Assembly: GCF_006345805.1 (NCBI RefSeq)
Contig: NC_043004.1
Location: 31,496,001-31,560,000, forward strand
Reading direction: 5' to 3'
DNA from: Octopus sinensis
Taxonomy: Eukaryota
DNA length: 64,000 nucleotides
The notes beneath the pieces were generated by a model, which did no database searches, was not told the DNA's origin, and saw only the letters and a program-made list of their open reading frames with translations. Shown in pieces: positions 11,850 to 24,649 of the stretch (the stretch's first letter is position 1; each line of letters starts with the position of its first letter). The position numbers and the translations under genes were made by a program.

Positions 11850-12975
11850 CTCTGCTGGTGACAAAGGGCCTCTCGCTCAGAGTAAAAGGTAGACTGTATG
11901 ACACATGTGTACAAACAGCCATGCTACATGGCAGTGAAACATGGGCTGTGACTGCTGAGGACATGTGTAAGCTTGCAAGGAATGAAGCCAGTATGCTCCG
12001 ATGGATGTGTAATGTCAGTGTGCATACTCGACAGAGAGTAAGTACCATGAGAGAAAAGTTGGACCTAAGAAGCATCAGATGTGGTGTGTAAGAGAGACGA
12101 CTGCGCTGGTAAGGACATGTTGCGAGAATGGATGAGGATAGCTGTGTGAAAAAGTACCACATCCTAGCGGTTGAGGGAACCTGTGGAAGAGGAAGACCTG
12201 GAATGAAGTGGTGACATACGACCTTCGAACTTTAGGCTTCACCAAGGAAATGACTAGTGACCGAGACCTTTGGAAATATGTGGTGCTTGAGAAGACTCGG
12301 CAAGCCAAATGAGACCATAACCTTGTGGCCTATGCCAGGGGCATAACCAGCCCACTTATGCGTACCTTTTCATTCTTTGGACACTAAACTCTGCTTGCGA
12401 AGACCTGTTGAGGCAAGTGAAATCAAAATCAAAATCAAAGGGAAATTCGATGACGGGCACCCGTGCTAGTGGGGTGCAAAGAGCACCATATGAGCGTGAT
12501 CGTTGACAGAGTGGCTAACCGGCTTCCGTGCCAGTGGCACATAAAAGGTACCATTCGAGTGTGATCGTTACCAGCGTCGCCTTACTGGCACTTGTGCCCC
12601 GTGCTAGTAGGGTGCTAAGAGCACCATCTGAGCGTGATCGTTGCCAGAGTGGCTAATTGGCTTCCGTGCCGGTGGCATGTAAAAGGCACCATTCAAGCAT
12701 GATTGTTACCAACATCGCCTTACTGGCACCTGTGCCGGTGGCATGTGTAAAAAGATTTGAGCGAGGTTGTTGCCAGTACCGCTTGACTGGCCCCCGTGCC
12801 GTTGGCACGTAAAAGCACCCACTACACTCTCAAAGTGGTTGGTGTTAGGAAGGGCATCCAGCTGTAGAAACTCTGCCGGATCAAGACTGGAGCTTGGTGC
12901 AGCCATCTGGTTTGCCAGCCCACAGTCAAACCATCCAACCCATGCTAGCATGGAAAGTGGACGTTAAACGATAAT
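11850..12975 (+). mobile_element. RTE-clade LINE 3' fragment with repeat-containing 3' UTR and (GAT)n tail
   Basis: LPLLVTKGLSLRVKGRLYDTCVQTAMLHGSETWAVT...ERRLRW.GHVARM...GRGR; same family as 24650-26105. Confidence 0.85.
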
Positions 12976-15299
12976 GATGATGATTATGATGATGATATAT
13001 ATATATATATATATATTTAGAGAGAGAGATGTATGTATATATCATTATTATTGTTTTAATGCCCTCTTTTCTATGAGTCAAACAAAATTTGTTGAGCAAG
13101 TTTTTTTTTACTGCTGGATACCCTTTCTGTCACCAACACTCACCTGTTTCCAACCAAGGTAATATTTCTCTATGGCAAGGCATGTTTTTCATGGAAGACT
13201 GGACATGAATGACAGTGACACCATTTACAACTATCACACAACATCAAAACAAACACACACATATACGATGGGTTTCCTTCAGTTTTCATCTGCCAAACCC
13301 ACTCACAAGGTTTTGGATGGCTCAAGGCTATAGTAGAGGCATCATGCAGTAGCCAGTGAATAACAACAACAAGAATAACAATATCTTTATTAGCCACAAG
13401 GACTCATACATACAAAAAAATAAAATATCAATAATGGGAAGGGGGTTAAAAAAACATCTCAGAGTGGTGAACAAAACAAGGAATTGCAAGGACATTATAC
13501 AATAAACATAATTAAAAATGTGATAAGGATTAAGGAAACAATTCAGAAATATAAAAAAAAAAAGCGAAACAAAATTTAAACAATGGAAACACAAATTATC
13601 TAACTCACCCATGCATGGATGAGAAAACTTCTCTTGAGTCAGATCAGAGCTACCAATGACTTTGAAGATCTTTCTCTGTTATATGTTTTTCTGGTTACAG
13701 TCCATATAGTTGTTCATTCCAAAAGTACCGTTGAGCAATTTGGGGTGGGGGTGGGGGTCAAAGTAGCCAAGGAAAGGCCCACCACCTGGTAATAGTAAAT
13801 GTAAAATTGTTTGGAGGTTTTCTTTTAAGGCTTTTATTAATATTTTGTTTTTATTAATATCTTGTTTTTCCAATCTAATCAGAGTCCATCTCTCACCAAA
13901 CAAAATCTGTGTCAAAATAATTATGTAAATCCTTTAAGTCTTCTGTGATTTATTTATTACTTCATTTGTTTTATAAAGAACTGATTTTCAAAGCAATGAG
14001 GGGAAAGATGAGTTCCTCACAATTTTTTCTCTTTTTGTTTTTTGAGGGTGTATTCTATCTTTGGGTATATTTTATTAAGGTTTTTACAAGTCTCCCATCC
14101 TTGCTCACTTTTCAGCTCCATTATCAAAGAGGATGGAAAAGAATTGCTGGTTATGACAGAGAAGATACTTTGCTTCCTGGTCTGCTTATGTAATCTGAAA
14201 CAATCTCTTTTTTATGTATGCATCTAGTGGTGCAATTGTGGTCTGTTGCTGTTTTTTTTTACTTTTTAGCTTTTCCAGTTCTGAGCTGAAAGCACTGAAA
14301 TGACCTTTACTACTATGCATACTAGCAGAGTTTTTGCCCTGATTAGTCAACTATAAAGTTTTTATTGACAATCACTACAGGACAAAATTACAATAATTTT
14401 GTGACCATGAAGATATGTCTATCTATAGTGATCCCACTCAACCATACATCACTGGCACTGACCAACTGCCCACGAAGTGCTACAACAATGACCAGAGCTC
14501 AACATTGCTACTGTACTTTTATTGTACTGTGACTCCGTTGTTGCATTCTCTTGAATTCCGAAGGATTAATCTGTGAGTAGATGTGGGACACATTGAGATT
14601 GTATCTATATCTCATCCTCAGTTTTAAAAAAAGAAGCAACAAATAGAAAGGGCATCTTGGCATTAGGAAAGGCATCCAGCAGTAGAAACCAATCCAAAAC
14701 TGAGTGTGGAACCTGGTGCCATGTGGTCTTCCTTTGATATAAATTTTTCTTGTCCAAAGTTTGTCTTTTGCAAATTATGTTTGCAAAACTGGTCCTCCAC
14801 TCAAATTTCTATTTTCATTTTCTTCATTTTCGTGTTTGTGTGTGTGTGTGTGTGCATGCGCGCGCATGCATGCATGCATGCATGTGTGTGTGTTGTTTTT
14901 GCTAAATATATCACTAGGAACTCTCCCAAAAGTATTATTCCCTGCAGGAATATCAATATTTTCTGATCAAAAGTGTGTTTTCTTTTTTGCTATGGTTCTA
15001 TTAGTTTTCTTCTTTGGTGTTTAAAATCTGCAGTAACACGTTCTCTGTCAATATGATTGTTTTGGTGGCTGTTCTGCATTGCAATTTTCTACATGTATGT
15101 AAACAAATAAGGAAATATAAAGTTTGTCTAACAATAGACCATTTTTTATTTGAAACCTGCCTGGGCAGATTCTTAAAGTTTTTTCCTGTATGAAAATAAT
15201 CAAAACTCTCTCGTGTAGTTTAAACTTGATGGAATCTAGTCTCAAAGCACAAGAACATATTTGAACAAGTCAGCCATCAATAATATATATAATAATAGT

Positions 15300-15470
15300 T
15301 TCTGACTTAGGTACAAGACCAGTAATTTTGAGGGGAGGGGGAGTAGTCGGCACCATCAACACTAGTATTTGACTGGTACTTTATTTTATTGATCACAGAC
15401 GGATGAAAGTCAAAGTTGGCCTTGATGAGAATTGAATTCAGAATGTAAAGAGTTGGAACAAATACTGTAA
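15300..15470 (-). mobile_element. SINE family A copy, ~120 bp past the GPCR stop (probable 3' UTR)
   Basis: Reverse complement of the 9687-type SINE (actggtactttattttattgatc...gaattgaattcagaatg). Confidence 0.65.
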
Positions 15471-15589
15471 AACATTTTTTTCTTTTACTGTCACTTTTAC
15501 CAACTCAACAATAATGGTAACAATGATTTCTTTTCTATTTTGATATCAATGATTTCAATATCACCCACTGAAACGAATCCATGATTTTA

Positions 15590-15883
15590 TTACATATGAG
15601 TGTCGCTAAATGAAGGTTGAGGATATAAGGCGTTATTTTCAGTGTCGCTATCACTAAACAGTGTCAAACTCCTGTCTCCTATAGAACTGCTTGGCGTTAG
15701 ATCATAATGAGGACGGTAGTTTGGAGATAACAGTTCATGGCTAATAGGACTTGATAAGGTTGATGTAGTTGTCTGTTTATGAAGACAAGTGGTAGAGACA
15801 CGAGATGAACGAGTCACTGACACATTCCGGAAACGCAAAGTGCTTGGGAAACAGTTTAATTTCATTTGGATGGTGTGACGAAC
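15590..15883 (-). CDS. CRHR-like: Class B1 GPCR (CRF/DH44-receptor-like), terminal coding exon: helix 8 and C-tail
   Basis: Acceptor tatatttacag|GTT. Reads VRHTIQMKLNCFPSTLRFRNVSVTRSSRVSTT...SDTHM* in phase 0 after ...FLNSE. Ser/Thr-rich tail; TAA at 15590-15592. Confidence 0.8.
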   Translation of the reverse strand, partial: VRHTIQMKLNCFPSTLRFRNVSVTRSSRVSTTCLHKQTTTSTLSSPISHELLSPNYRPHYDLTPSSSIGDRSLTLFSDSDTENNALYPQPSFSDTHM

Positions 15884-16239
15884 CTGTAAATATAATCATA
15901 TTAAGTTTAAAGGCAATGTTATACATCATGAAGACAAAACATCAACTGTTTGTTTTACCAATAGGTGGTCCAGTTTTAACATGGAATTGGACCTGGGTTA
16001 GAGACTTCATTTGCCAGAAGTACACCTATTTTATCATACTCATTAATAAAAGTATTACATTCTTCCTTAATTATTCTGCTTTGAAATCTAGACATAGGGG
16101 ATGATTTATTTTTCATCAATTCAAGGTCAATGAAATAAGTACCAATTAAACTGTAACACAGTTTTTGTCCTTGGGTAGCAACTGTTATTTCCTATTTGCT
16201 TACCCCAAGAAAGTATGAAAAATGGCTTTGCTTTTGTTA

Positions 16240-16870
16240 CACTTATTCAAATCTTAAAGAGTCCCTCTCAATATCTATTTTCTTTAGTAAAATGTTTAGA
16301 AAAAAGTGTATATAGGGATCTAACCAGGTTATTTGCAATTTGCTTGGTGAATGGAATAATAAACCATATAATATTGCTCTTACTAGAAGTTCCATTACAA
16401 TTATCCAATTTCCGATCAATATTATTTATATATGGGGTATGTCGTTTCACTCTATTTTTATTACTTATATCATTTTTATCAGCATTATCAGATGAATGAA
16501 GCAATGAATTGGTTTCCGTATTTTGTTTTTCATTGTTATCTTTTGCACATTTATTTTTATTTCTATCCTTATTTCTATTCTTTCCAGGTCCTTTAAATGT
16601 TATGTTATTACGAGTTACTCCAGTATTATTCATACAACTGCAGTCTACATTTGGCTCATAATACTTTAACCTTTGCTTATATCCAGTTCTACTGAGTGCC
16701 ATATTATAATAGTCTGCATTTTTGTTGAAATTTTCTTCAATAGATGATAAATTAGATATTCTTCTAGATATATTGTAAACTTCTTTTTCTCGTGCATAAA
16801 TGGTAATATACTCATATCCATCAATGTGAAGCTAACATCTTTTAGTATTTCACTGATACACTGAACAAAC
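16240..16870 (-). mobile_element. Penelope-like retroelement (PLE) fragment, RT C-terminus and linker
   Basis: ISRRISNLSSIEENFNKNADYYNMALSRTGYKQRLKY and NIIWFIIPFTKQIANNL..LYTLFSKHF match the PLE motifs RRISxxSS...ALxxSGY and IIWFNPP(F/Y)S...KHF. Confidence 0.65.
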
Positions 16871-17663
16871 TGGGGAACTTGGATGCTGACATTCCTTTAA
16901 GAGGTATTTATATCCTTGAAATAATTAATATATATATACAACAGGCTTCTTTCAGTTTCCATCTACCAAATCCACTCACAAGCTTTAGTTGGCTCAGCGC
17001 TCTTGTAGAAGACACTTGCCCAAGGTGTCAAGTAGTGGGACTGAATTTGAAACCATGTGGTTGGGAAGCAAACTGCTAAAACACACAACCATGGCTGTCA
17101 CCAGCCATTTCCCACAAGTTTCCATTCCCACACTGTGAATGTTCTGGAATTCGATTCCAACTCGTGTTTTTCCTGCCAATGTTCAAGCTAAACGTAAACA
17201 ACATTGATGTCACCAGTCTGGGAGGGAAGGTCATCAGATTATTATCTCCACTAGACTCTGTTAACAAAGTTTATCACATAAAGAAAACAATGTTAAATGT
17301 AGTTTGATATTGATTTGAATACTGTTCTATATCTTTTATTAAAACCATTTCAAAATATACACACACTCATAGACACTCTTTATTTCTGCTCATCATTCAT
17401 ATATTTTCTGTTGATTTTACTGTTTCGAAACTTTCTGTGACCTTTAGCAACCCCAGACTATTGTTGCCAAATATATAATTGATAGCACCACTTCCAAATA
17501 ACTTAGTTTACCTTTTTATTTTATTATAGCTGAACAGTTCTATATTCTGTTCTATCCACTTGACATATATATGTACACACACACACACACACATACACAA
17601 AGTTTAAAATTAATCAACAAAAAAAAAATAAAAAATAACATTCTACAAACAATTGTAACATAC

Positions 17664-17705
17664 CTCACTGTTTAAAAAGCAGTAGAAAACTGCCACGAAA
17701 AGGCC
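17664..17705 (-). CDS. CRHR-like: Class B1 GPCR exon, end of TM7 (42 bp; GLFVAVFYCFLNSE)
   Basis: Acceptor tttttcccag and donor gtatgt; phase 0 to 0. Class B signature GxxVAxxYCFxNxE. Confidence 0.95.
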
Positions 17706-17879
17706 CTGGGAAAAAGGAAACAGGAAAAAAGTGATTAATTGAAATGAAACTGAAATAAAAAGTGTTAGCTAAATGTATTTTCATTCTATGATTTTTATTG
17801 CAAGCCAATGCTAGGATAATAGCAATGTCTGTGTATTTCATTTTATTTAGGTATAAAGGTAGCTGAAATTTATTCCCAT

Positions 17880-18303
17880 TACTCTTTACTCTCTTTTACT
17901 CTTTTACTTGTTTCAGTCAGTTGGCTGTGGCCACGCTGGAGCACCGCCTTTGGTCAAGCAAATCGACCCCAGAACTTATTCTTTGAAAGCCTAGTACTTA
18001 TTCTATTGGTCTCTTTTGCCACTAAGTTACAGGGATGTAAACACACCACCATTGGTTGTCAAGCGATGTTGGGAACAAACACAGAAACACAAACAAACAA
18101 ACACACACACACACATACACACACATACATACATATATATATATGTATGACAGGCTTTTTTCAGTTTCCATCTACCAAATCCACTCACAAGACTTTGGTT
18201 GGCCTGAGACTACAGTAGAAGACACTTGCCCAAGGTGCCATGCAATGGGACTGAACCCGGAACCATGTGGTTCATAAGCAAGCTACTTACCACACAGCCA
18301 CTC
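17880..18303 (-). mobile_element. tRNA-derived SINE (family B), near full length
   Basis: Minus strand has A-box-like TGGCTGTGTGG, B-box GGTTCAGTCCC, CORE-like GGCACCTTGGGCAAGTGTCTT and a (GTAAAAGA)n tail. Confidence 0.85.
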
Positions 18304-18334
18304 TTATGCCTATTATATAATTTATGTTGCAAGG

Positions 18335-18384
<50 letters not shown>

Positions 18385-18480
18385 TATATTGTTGAAATTT
18401 ATAGAAAAACAAAAGATGAAGACTAGTGTATGAACAACAAGCAAGTGTATTAGTTTGATGCTTGGGAAAAATGATAAAGT

Positions 18481-18516
18481 CTTTTACGTTTCGAGCCTAT
18501 GCTCTTCAACAGAAAG
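18481..18516 (-). ncRNA. Minimal type I hammerhead-like motif, non-canonical core (CUGUUGA)
   Basis: Minus strand: cttt CTGTTGA a GAGC atag GCTC GAA ACGT A aaag. Confidence 0.45.
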
Positions 18517-18964
18517 GAATAAGAGAATGAAAGAAAACTTGTAAATTTCAGCCGTCCAGCATATGTGTGTGTGTGTGTGTGTGTGTATAGTAATTATATA
18601 GCATTTATAGTTTATATATATACAACATATTATCTTTTGGTATTAATACTACTTCAGTTGCCATTAATTATTTTACATATCTTCACACATACACACACAC
18701 ACTCACACACACATACACACATACACACACAGATAGATAGATAGATAGATCAAGAATACAGAAATCAGAAAAAAATATGCACTTATATATCTGTTGCCAT
18801 ATTTTTTCCATATCTGCCATCTCTGAAGACCACTTCATGTTAGTTAACCATCTTGTTATCTAATATCCAGTGCAAAACTGATTGGTACAATTGGTTGAAG
18901 TGGATCTATAATACTGTATAGACACACACAAACACACCCTTTCTTTCTCTCTCTGATATATATA

Positions 18965-19830
18965 CAGTGTGTGATAGGTAAATTGTCACCATTTTATATT
19001 TTTAATTTCATGCTTGTGCATTGTTTGTTTCTCATTTTGTTGACTACACAGTATAGTAGGGTCAGTTGGGCACTGTCTGTGAGAAAAACAACACCATGAT
19101 GCAATTCACTCTGCTAGAAATTTGGAAATGATATGCTGTACTGCTTAGCATTAATGCCGGAAGCTCCAACATGAACATTTCAGAGTGTTTGAGTGTCAAT
19201 CTGAGGATGTGTACCAAGAGTGATAAAAATCAAACATCCAGTCAACATCATGGTGTTTAGAGAGATCACTAGTGATGGTGACATTATGCCTCCATTCATC
19301 TTCCTACATGGCCTCACTCTCAACATGGAGGCCTACATCAAATGTCTGGAGGCGGTAGTGCTACCTTGGGTCAAGAGGGTGGCTACTGGAAGACCCTATG
19401 TCTGGCAACAGGACATTTCACCATGCCACACAGCCAGAAGAACAAGGTCATGGTAGGTGGACAATTTCTGCGACCACATCACTCCTAACATCTGGCCATC
19501 TAACTCCCCAGACTGAAAACCCCTTGATTATTATGTGCAGTTAAGCAAGAGACCAACAAAACTCCTTGTGACACCAAAAATGAACTGAAGGCAAGGATTA
19601 TGGCAGCATTCATCAACTTAAACAAGGAGACCATCCAGAAGAGTTGCAAGAGATTCCGAAGTCATCTGGAGGCCGTGGTTGAAGCCAATGGCGATTTTAT
19701 TGAATGAATTTACTCTTTAGTATTTCAAGATATTTTTATGTAATTCTGGTAAATATATCTTTTAAAATGAGATGTCAGCATTATTTTCATTTTTGCATAA
19801 TTTAGACAACAGTTTATTCACTGCACCCTG
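18965..19830 (+). mobile_element. Tc1/mariner maT (DD37D)-type element, internally deleted
   Basis: TA|CAGTGTGTGATAGGTAAATTGTC ... TTATTCACTGCACCCTG|CA ends. Peptide KHPVNIMVF..ITSDGDIMPPF...KPYVWQQD..PCHTARRT..W...IWPSNSPD.KPLDYY. Confidence 0.8.
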
Positions 19831-20195
19831 CATATATATATATATATATATATACACTTTCTCCTCATCCATCACCCTCTTGTACTGTCTTATATTCCTC
19901 CCCACCACTACAAACTCAATACCACTATAAAATGGTCAAAACTTTTCACACAGGAACTTAGTTTGATTTGAAAACCCCACTAGAATGGAAGATGATCTAA
20001 TACATGATCTAAGTTATATGATGTATGAAAAATGTAATATACAAATAAATATCTGTAAATATAAACCATCTGATTTTCTGAGTACCTCATTTCTTCTAAT
20101 ATATATATATATATATATACACATACATACACATATATATATTTTTATTTAGATATAAGATTAACTAAGTAGTAATTTTTGTTGCATAATATTTA

Positions 20196-21447
20196 TGAGG
20201 GTTTGTGGAAAAGTTCATAGGCTGACCATCATACTCTCATGGATAGATTGATTTTTCAACCTTGTCCTCCTTGCAATTCACACAATTCTTCTATTGGTAT
20301 TGCAGTGCTTAAATCCCATTGGTGAAGAAGCTTTCATCCTGTTGGTAAAAAAAAAAGTCGTCAACAGCAGATATGATGTGACCATCACTGTGAAACTGGT
20401 TCCCAGCCAAGTATTTTTTCATGTTGGAGAACATATGAGATTCTGATGGGTGTCAAATCAAAATCAAAAGAATAGAGAGGGTGATCAACCAGTTCAAAGC
20501 CAGTCATACACAGTAGCCAATGAAATGAAAGACTTGTGTGTTGGAACATTGCCCTGATGAAGCAGGACCTCTTTTGTCAGTTTTCTTGGGAGTTTGGTTT
20601 TGATAGCCTCTTGTAACTGCCTCAGCAAGTTGGCACAATACTCTCCACTAATCATGTGGTCCTTTTGAAGATAATCGATAAACACAATACCTTTCGCATG
20701 CAGAAAACTGAAGCCAACACCTTCCCTGTAGATGAAATGACCTTGGCCTTTTGTTTGGAGCAGATGAGGGGTGTTTCCACTGCATGGATTGTCTCTTCGT
20801 CTCTGACTCAAAGTGATAAACCTAACACTCAGCCTCAAACTATGTCAGATTTTTCCATGATGTTATTAGCCTGGTGTGCTTTTGATCAGGTGTCAGAAGA
20901 TGTGGCACCCACCAAGCAGAGACCTTCATCACACCAAGTTTATTGTGCAGAATATTCTCAAATCTTTTAACAAGATATGCTAATGACATTGACCTTTTGA
21001 TTTATAGTCAATCCCCTGTCATCCATCAGCATGTGGTGAACACAATCAATGTTTTATGCAGTGGTGGCAGTTGCAGGACGTCCAGACACTAAGTCAGCTT
21101 CAAGACTCTTCAATTCCCCTCCTAAGTTCAGCTGCCCACTTTTGCAGGGTTGATAAAGCTGGAGCTTCATACCCTGATGATGTAACCATGTCAGCATGAA
21201 TGTCACTGAGGGCTGAACCCTTTTTTCTGCATGTACTTGATAACACCATAATGCCATATTTTGTCCATTTTCAAGAGAAGTCGCTATCAGTTACTTTTGA
21301 AGTCTTCTTTGAACAGTCAGATGTCAGTTTACCTGGAAAAAACAATGCAGTTATTGATAAGAAGAGCTGAAAGTAATGTATGCAAGATTTCACAGCTCTA
21401 GCATCATTCCTTCATGGCCAGCCTATGATCTTTTCAGTCAACCCTTG
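20196..21447 (-). mobile_element. mariner (DD34D) element, ~1.25 kb, decayed
   Basis: TIRs TGAGGGTTTGTGGAAAAGTTCATAGGCTG / CAGCCTATGATCTTTTCAGTCAACCCTTG. Minus-strand AKGIVFIDYLQKD..ISGEYCANLLRQL..AIK.K.P.KL.K.VLLHQ.N...H. Confidence 0.85.
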
Positions 21448-22699
21448 CATTGCAAACAGATAAAGTGATGACAATGTGTATATATGTACATTTCTTTTCA
21501 ATTAAATATAAAGTTAGTTCAAATGTATTTTCATCTTAAAATTTGTACAGCAAACTGATAGCAGAATAACGATGATATCTACTTATTTAATTTCATTTTG
21601 GTAAGAAGGTTATACACTTTTAGGGAAAAGACATGTGTTACATGATGATATTCAAGCTCCAAAAAGTATTTTTGAATGGAGTGAAATAGCCACAACAAAA
21701 ATCGAAATTTGGTAATATTTCTAATGACCATCTCAGATTTACTATGTTCCTTTCAAACAATATTAGCTTTTCTTTTTACATATAAATACAATATTTAATT
21801 TTTTAGATAGCTATGAAGAGAAGGAGTTGTTGGAACTTTCATGCCTCTAAAAGCTTTCACCAATAGCTCAATCCAATTGATATGTTTAATGTTGATATTC
21901 TTAAAAAAATTGAATATATGTAAAATGTCATGAAAAAATTAAACACTTAATGTAAGATCTGTAATTAGTTAAACATTAAATGAATGATTCGTAATTAATT
22001 TTGATGAGATGATGAGTGTCTGCTTGGAAATCACAGGAAAACAATTTTGAATTTTGATAGCAGCCATGCTTGATCCTTATTACTGATAGACACGGAAGAA
22101 ATTACATCAATTTGGATGCACCCAATCAATAAGTACTAAATTAGCTTTAGTGATAGGCTTAATCAATAAAATATTAATGGTAAAGCATGTCTGGGATTAA
22201 AAAATAAGATTTCAGGAGTGAAATCTACCACTGAGTTTTGATTTTCTATCAAAGCAGCTTCATCTTATTTTCACAGCAGAAAGCAAGAATACCATCCAAT
22301 CTCAATCCCATCCTCTAGAATTTCACAATGGTATGCTAAAGAAAAAAAAGCAGAAAAAAAGAAAACCACAGACAAAATGCAACTTTAACTTAAGTGATTG
22401 GAATGTTTGACTCTTATTGACTACAGAGGAGAGAGAATATATTGTGGCGTTCATGCTTTTCCCATGGATAGTATTGACATAACAGTGCATATATGGCAGT
22501 ATGGCTGAGAACTTGCTCCACAAACGTATGGTTCTGAGTTTGATTCCACAGTGTGGTAATCTGGGAAAATGTCTTCTGTTATAGTTTCAGGTTGACCAAT
22601 ATCACCTTTATGATGTTCTACTTGAAGAGTGTTGAACACGTTTTGGCTTTTATATACAAGATTTGCTTAACCACATCATTTAAATAAATAATGTTATCA

Positions 22700-23810
22700 A
22701 TATCTTCACTATAATGCATAAGATAATGGAGCTAGATAACTTTAATAATTTCCAAAAATAATTGCATCTTCAAATTTACTATTCAACATAGCTCTCATCA
22801 TTTCAGATGACAAGACTACATCATTTTTAGATATATGGAAAGGAATAGGAAAGCAACTCATATAATATCTCATTACACAAAACACACTAACATATGCATG
22901 TTCAGAGATAGTAACTGTCCCCATAGATATGAAATGTCTGTTATCAACCCTTTTGAAGATGATCCTTTAAAGTTTCATTCACAGTATCAAATTACAAGAA
23001 TTAAACAAACATTATTCTCAATGAATACTTGACCATATTAATAAACCAAACTGTACAATATCACAATTACAAACCTATTCCCAAGTGTAATGGATAAAAC
23101 AACCTGTAAAAATGTAAATCCTTACATATGATATACTACAGTAACAAAATGTACCTTAGTTATAGAATGGATGAATACATCATTAAATAAACTCATAAAA
23201 CAGAACATAGCATGTATCAAATCTAACCACAAACAGAAAATATTACAAAAACACTAGAATTAAAAACTTCATCAACAAAAACCAAAAGCCTATAAGCCAC
23301 AGAATATACTTCAGATAATCAATGTAATATATAAATTTCAATATAAACATAAAAGTTGTAAACTTCTTGACTTGGAGATTGTTATATTGAATATTCAAGG
23401 GCAGCTTTTTCTCATCAGTTGAATATACATTTACTGTATAGAATCATTTTTGTATATTATAAGGCAGAATATGAAACAAAATAAAAAGCAAAATTAGAAC
23501 AGAAAAGATAAAGTTGATAACGCTATCATCCTAAATAAAATTTTGAAAAAGGAAAATGATATTGACAATGAAAGCTTTATTAATAGTAAAATGCATAAAA
23601 AATAATCAAACATGACACAGCACAAATTAATTAAACTATAAATGTAACTAGAAGTTTATTTAGCAATGAAGATTTCATCAATTACAGCATCAATCACATG
23701 ATTCATTCCCCTGATCCCTTACCACAAAACATGGAAAACCACAAAAAACAAACAAGCCCATATCTATTTCATTCAGAAGATGAGGCAGAGGTCTTGAAAC
23801 ATTAATATAC
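22700..23810 (+). mobile_element. Penelope-like element 3' portion (RT C-terminus and GIY-YIG endonuclease), heavily decayed
   Basis: FKFTIQH..SFLDI..YTKHTN...SNCPHRYEMSVINPF (RT thumb), then NVIYKFQ..H.SC...YIEYSRAAFSHQLNIHL...KENDI (GIY-YIG-like). Ends in a hammerhead-like relic at 23771-23806. Confidence 0.6.
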
Positions 23811-24242
23811 TCAAGAATATTATTACTCCAAACTAAACATAAACAATTATTAAGGAAATAAGAGACAACTTTAACAAAAGAGGATTTTTATTAAACACAG
23901 TCATGTCTTTAATGCTATATAGAGACACACACACATATCTATGTGTGTACATGTATAAATGTATGAATATATGCTATCACTTTTTATATTTAATAGAATT
24001 CTTCTTAGAGGGTGGGAGTTGATTTCTTACAAAAACAAGAACTCCATTACTGGAGTTTGGATAACTACAATGATAATTGTTACATATGGAACTTCAAAAA
24101 AGTCTTGTATACTTTTAGTGTTCCACTGGCGAATTGTCTCTGTAAAATGTGTGTTAGCTAGTCTCACTCTTTCCTTAAAAGTCCTAGCTTTTTCACAGTA
24201 TCATTTAAACATTTACTAATACAAGCAAGTGCACCAATGATC

Positions 24243-24273
<31 letters not shown>

Positions 24274-24649
24274 CAATGAAGGAATAAAAATTGATGAGAC
24301 CATTGAAAAACTGGTGCTTTACAGACCAAGACCATTGAGATATTTGTTCTGCACCAGGTTATGACACTCCCAGAATCAGTAATCACCCAGTTGCAGCCTA
24401 CCTTGCTATTCTTCACCGGTTGTGGTATAAAAGGAATAACAGAAATAAAACAGAGATAACTAGGACTCAAATATCAGTTTACACAGCTAGTTTATAAACT
24501 TGTATTCCAGTCTGCTCTATTCTTGTTATAATGGAGCATAAACTGTGTTAAGTTTTTATAGTTGGCTTAAAAATAAAATGGCTTAAACATTTCTGCAGGA
24601 CTTCTGAGATTACTGAAAAGGGGGGGAAAAGTTATGATTTATAGAGTAT

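Noticed and set aside
13390-14230. Possible L1/Tx1-like LINE 3' remnant on the minus strand
   Set aside because: Too decayed; no motif I could match with confidence.
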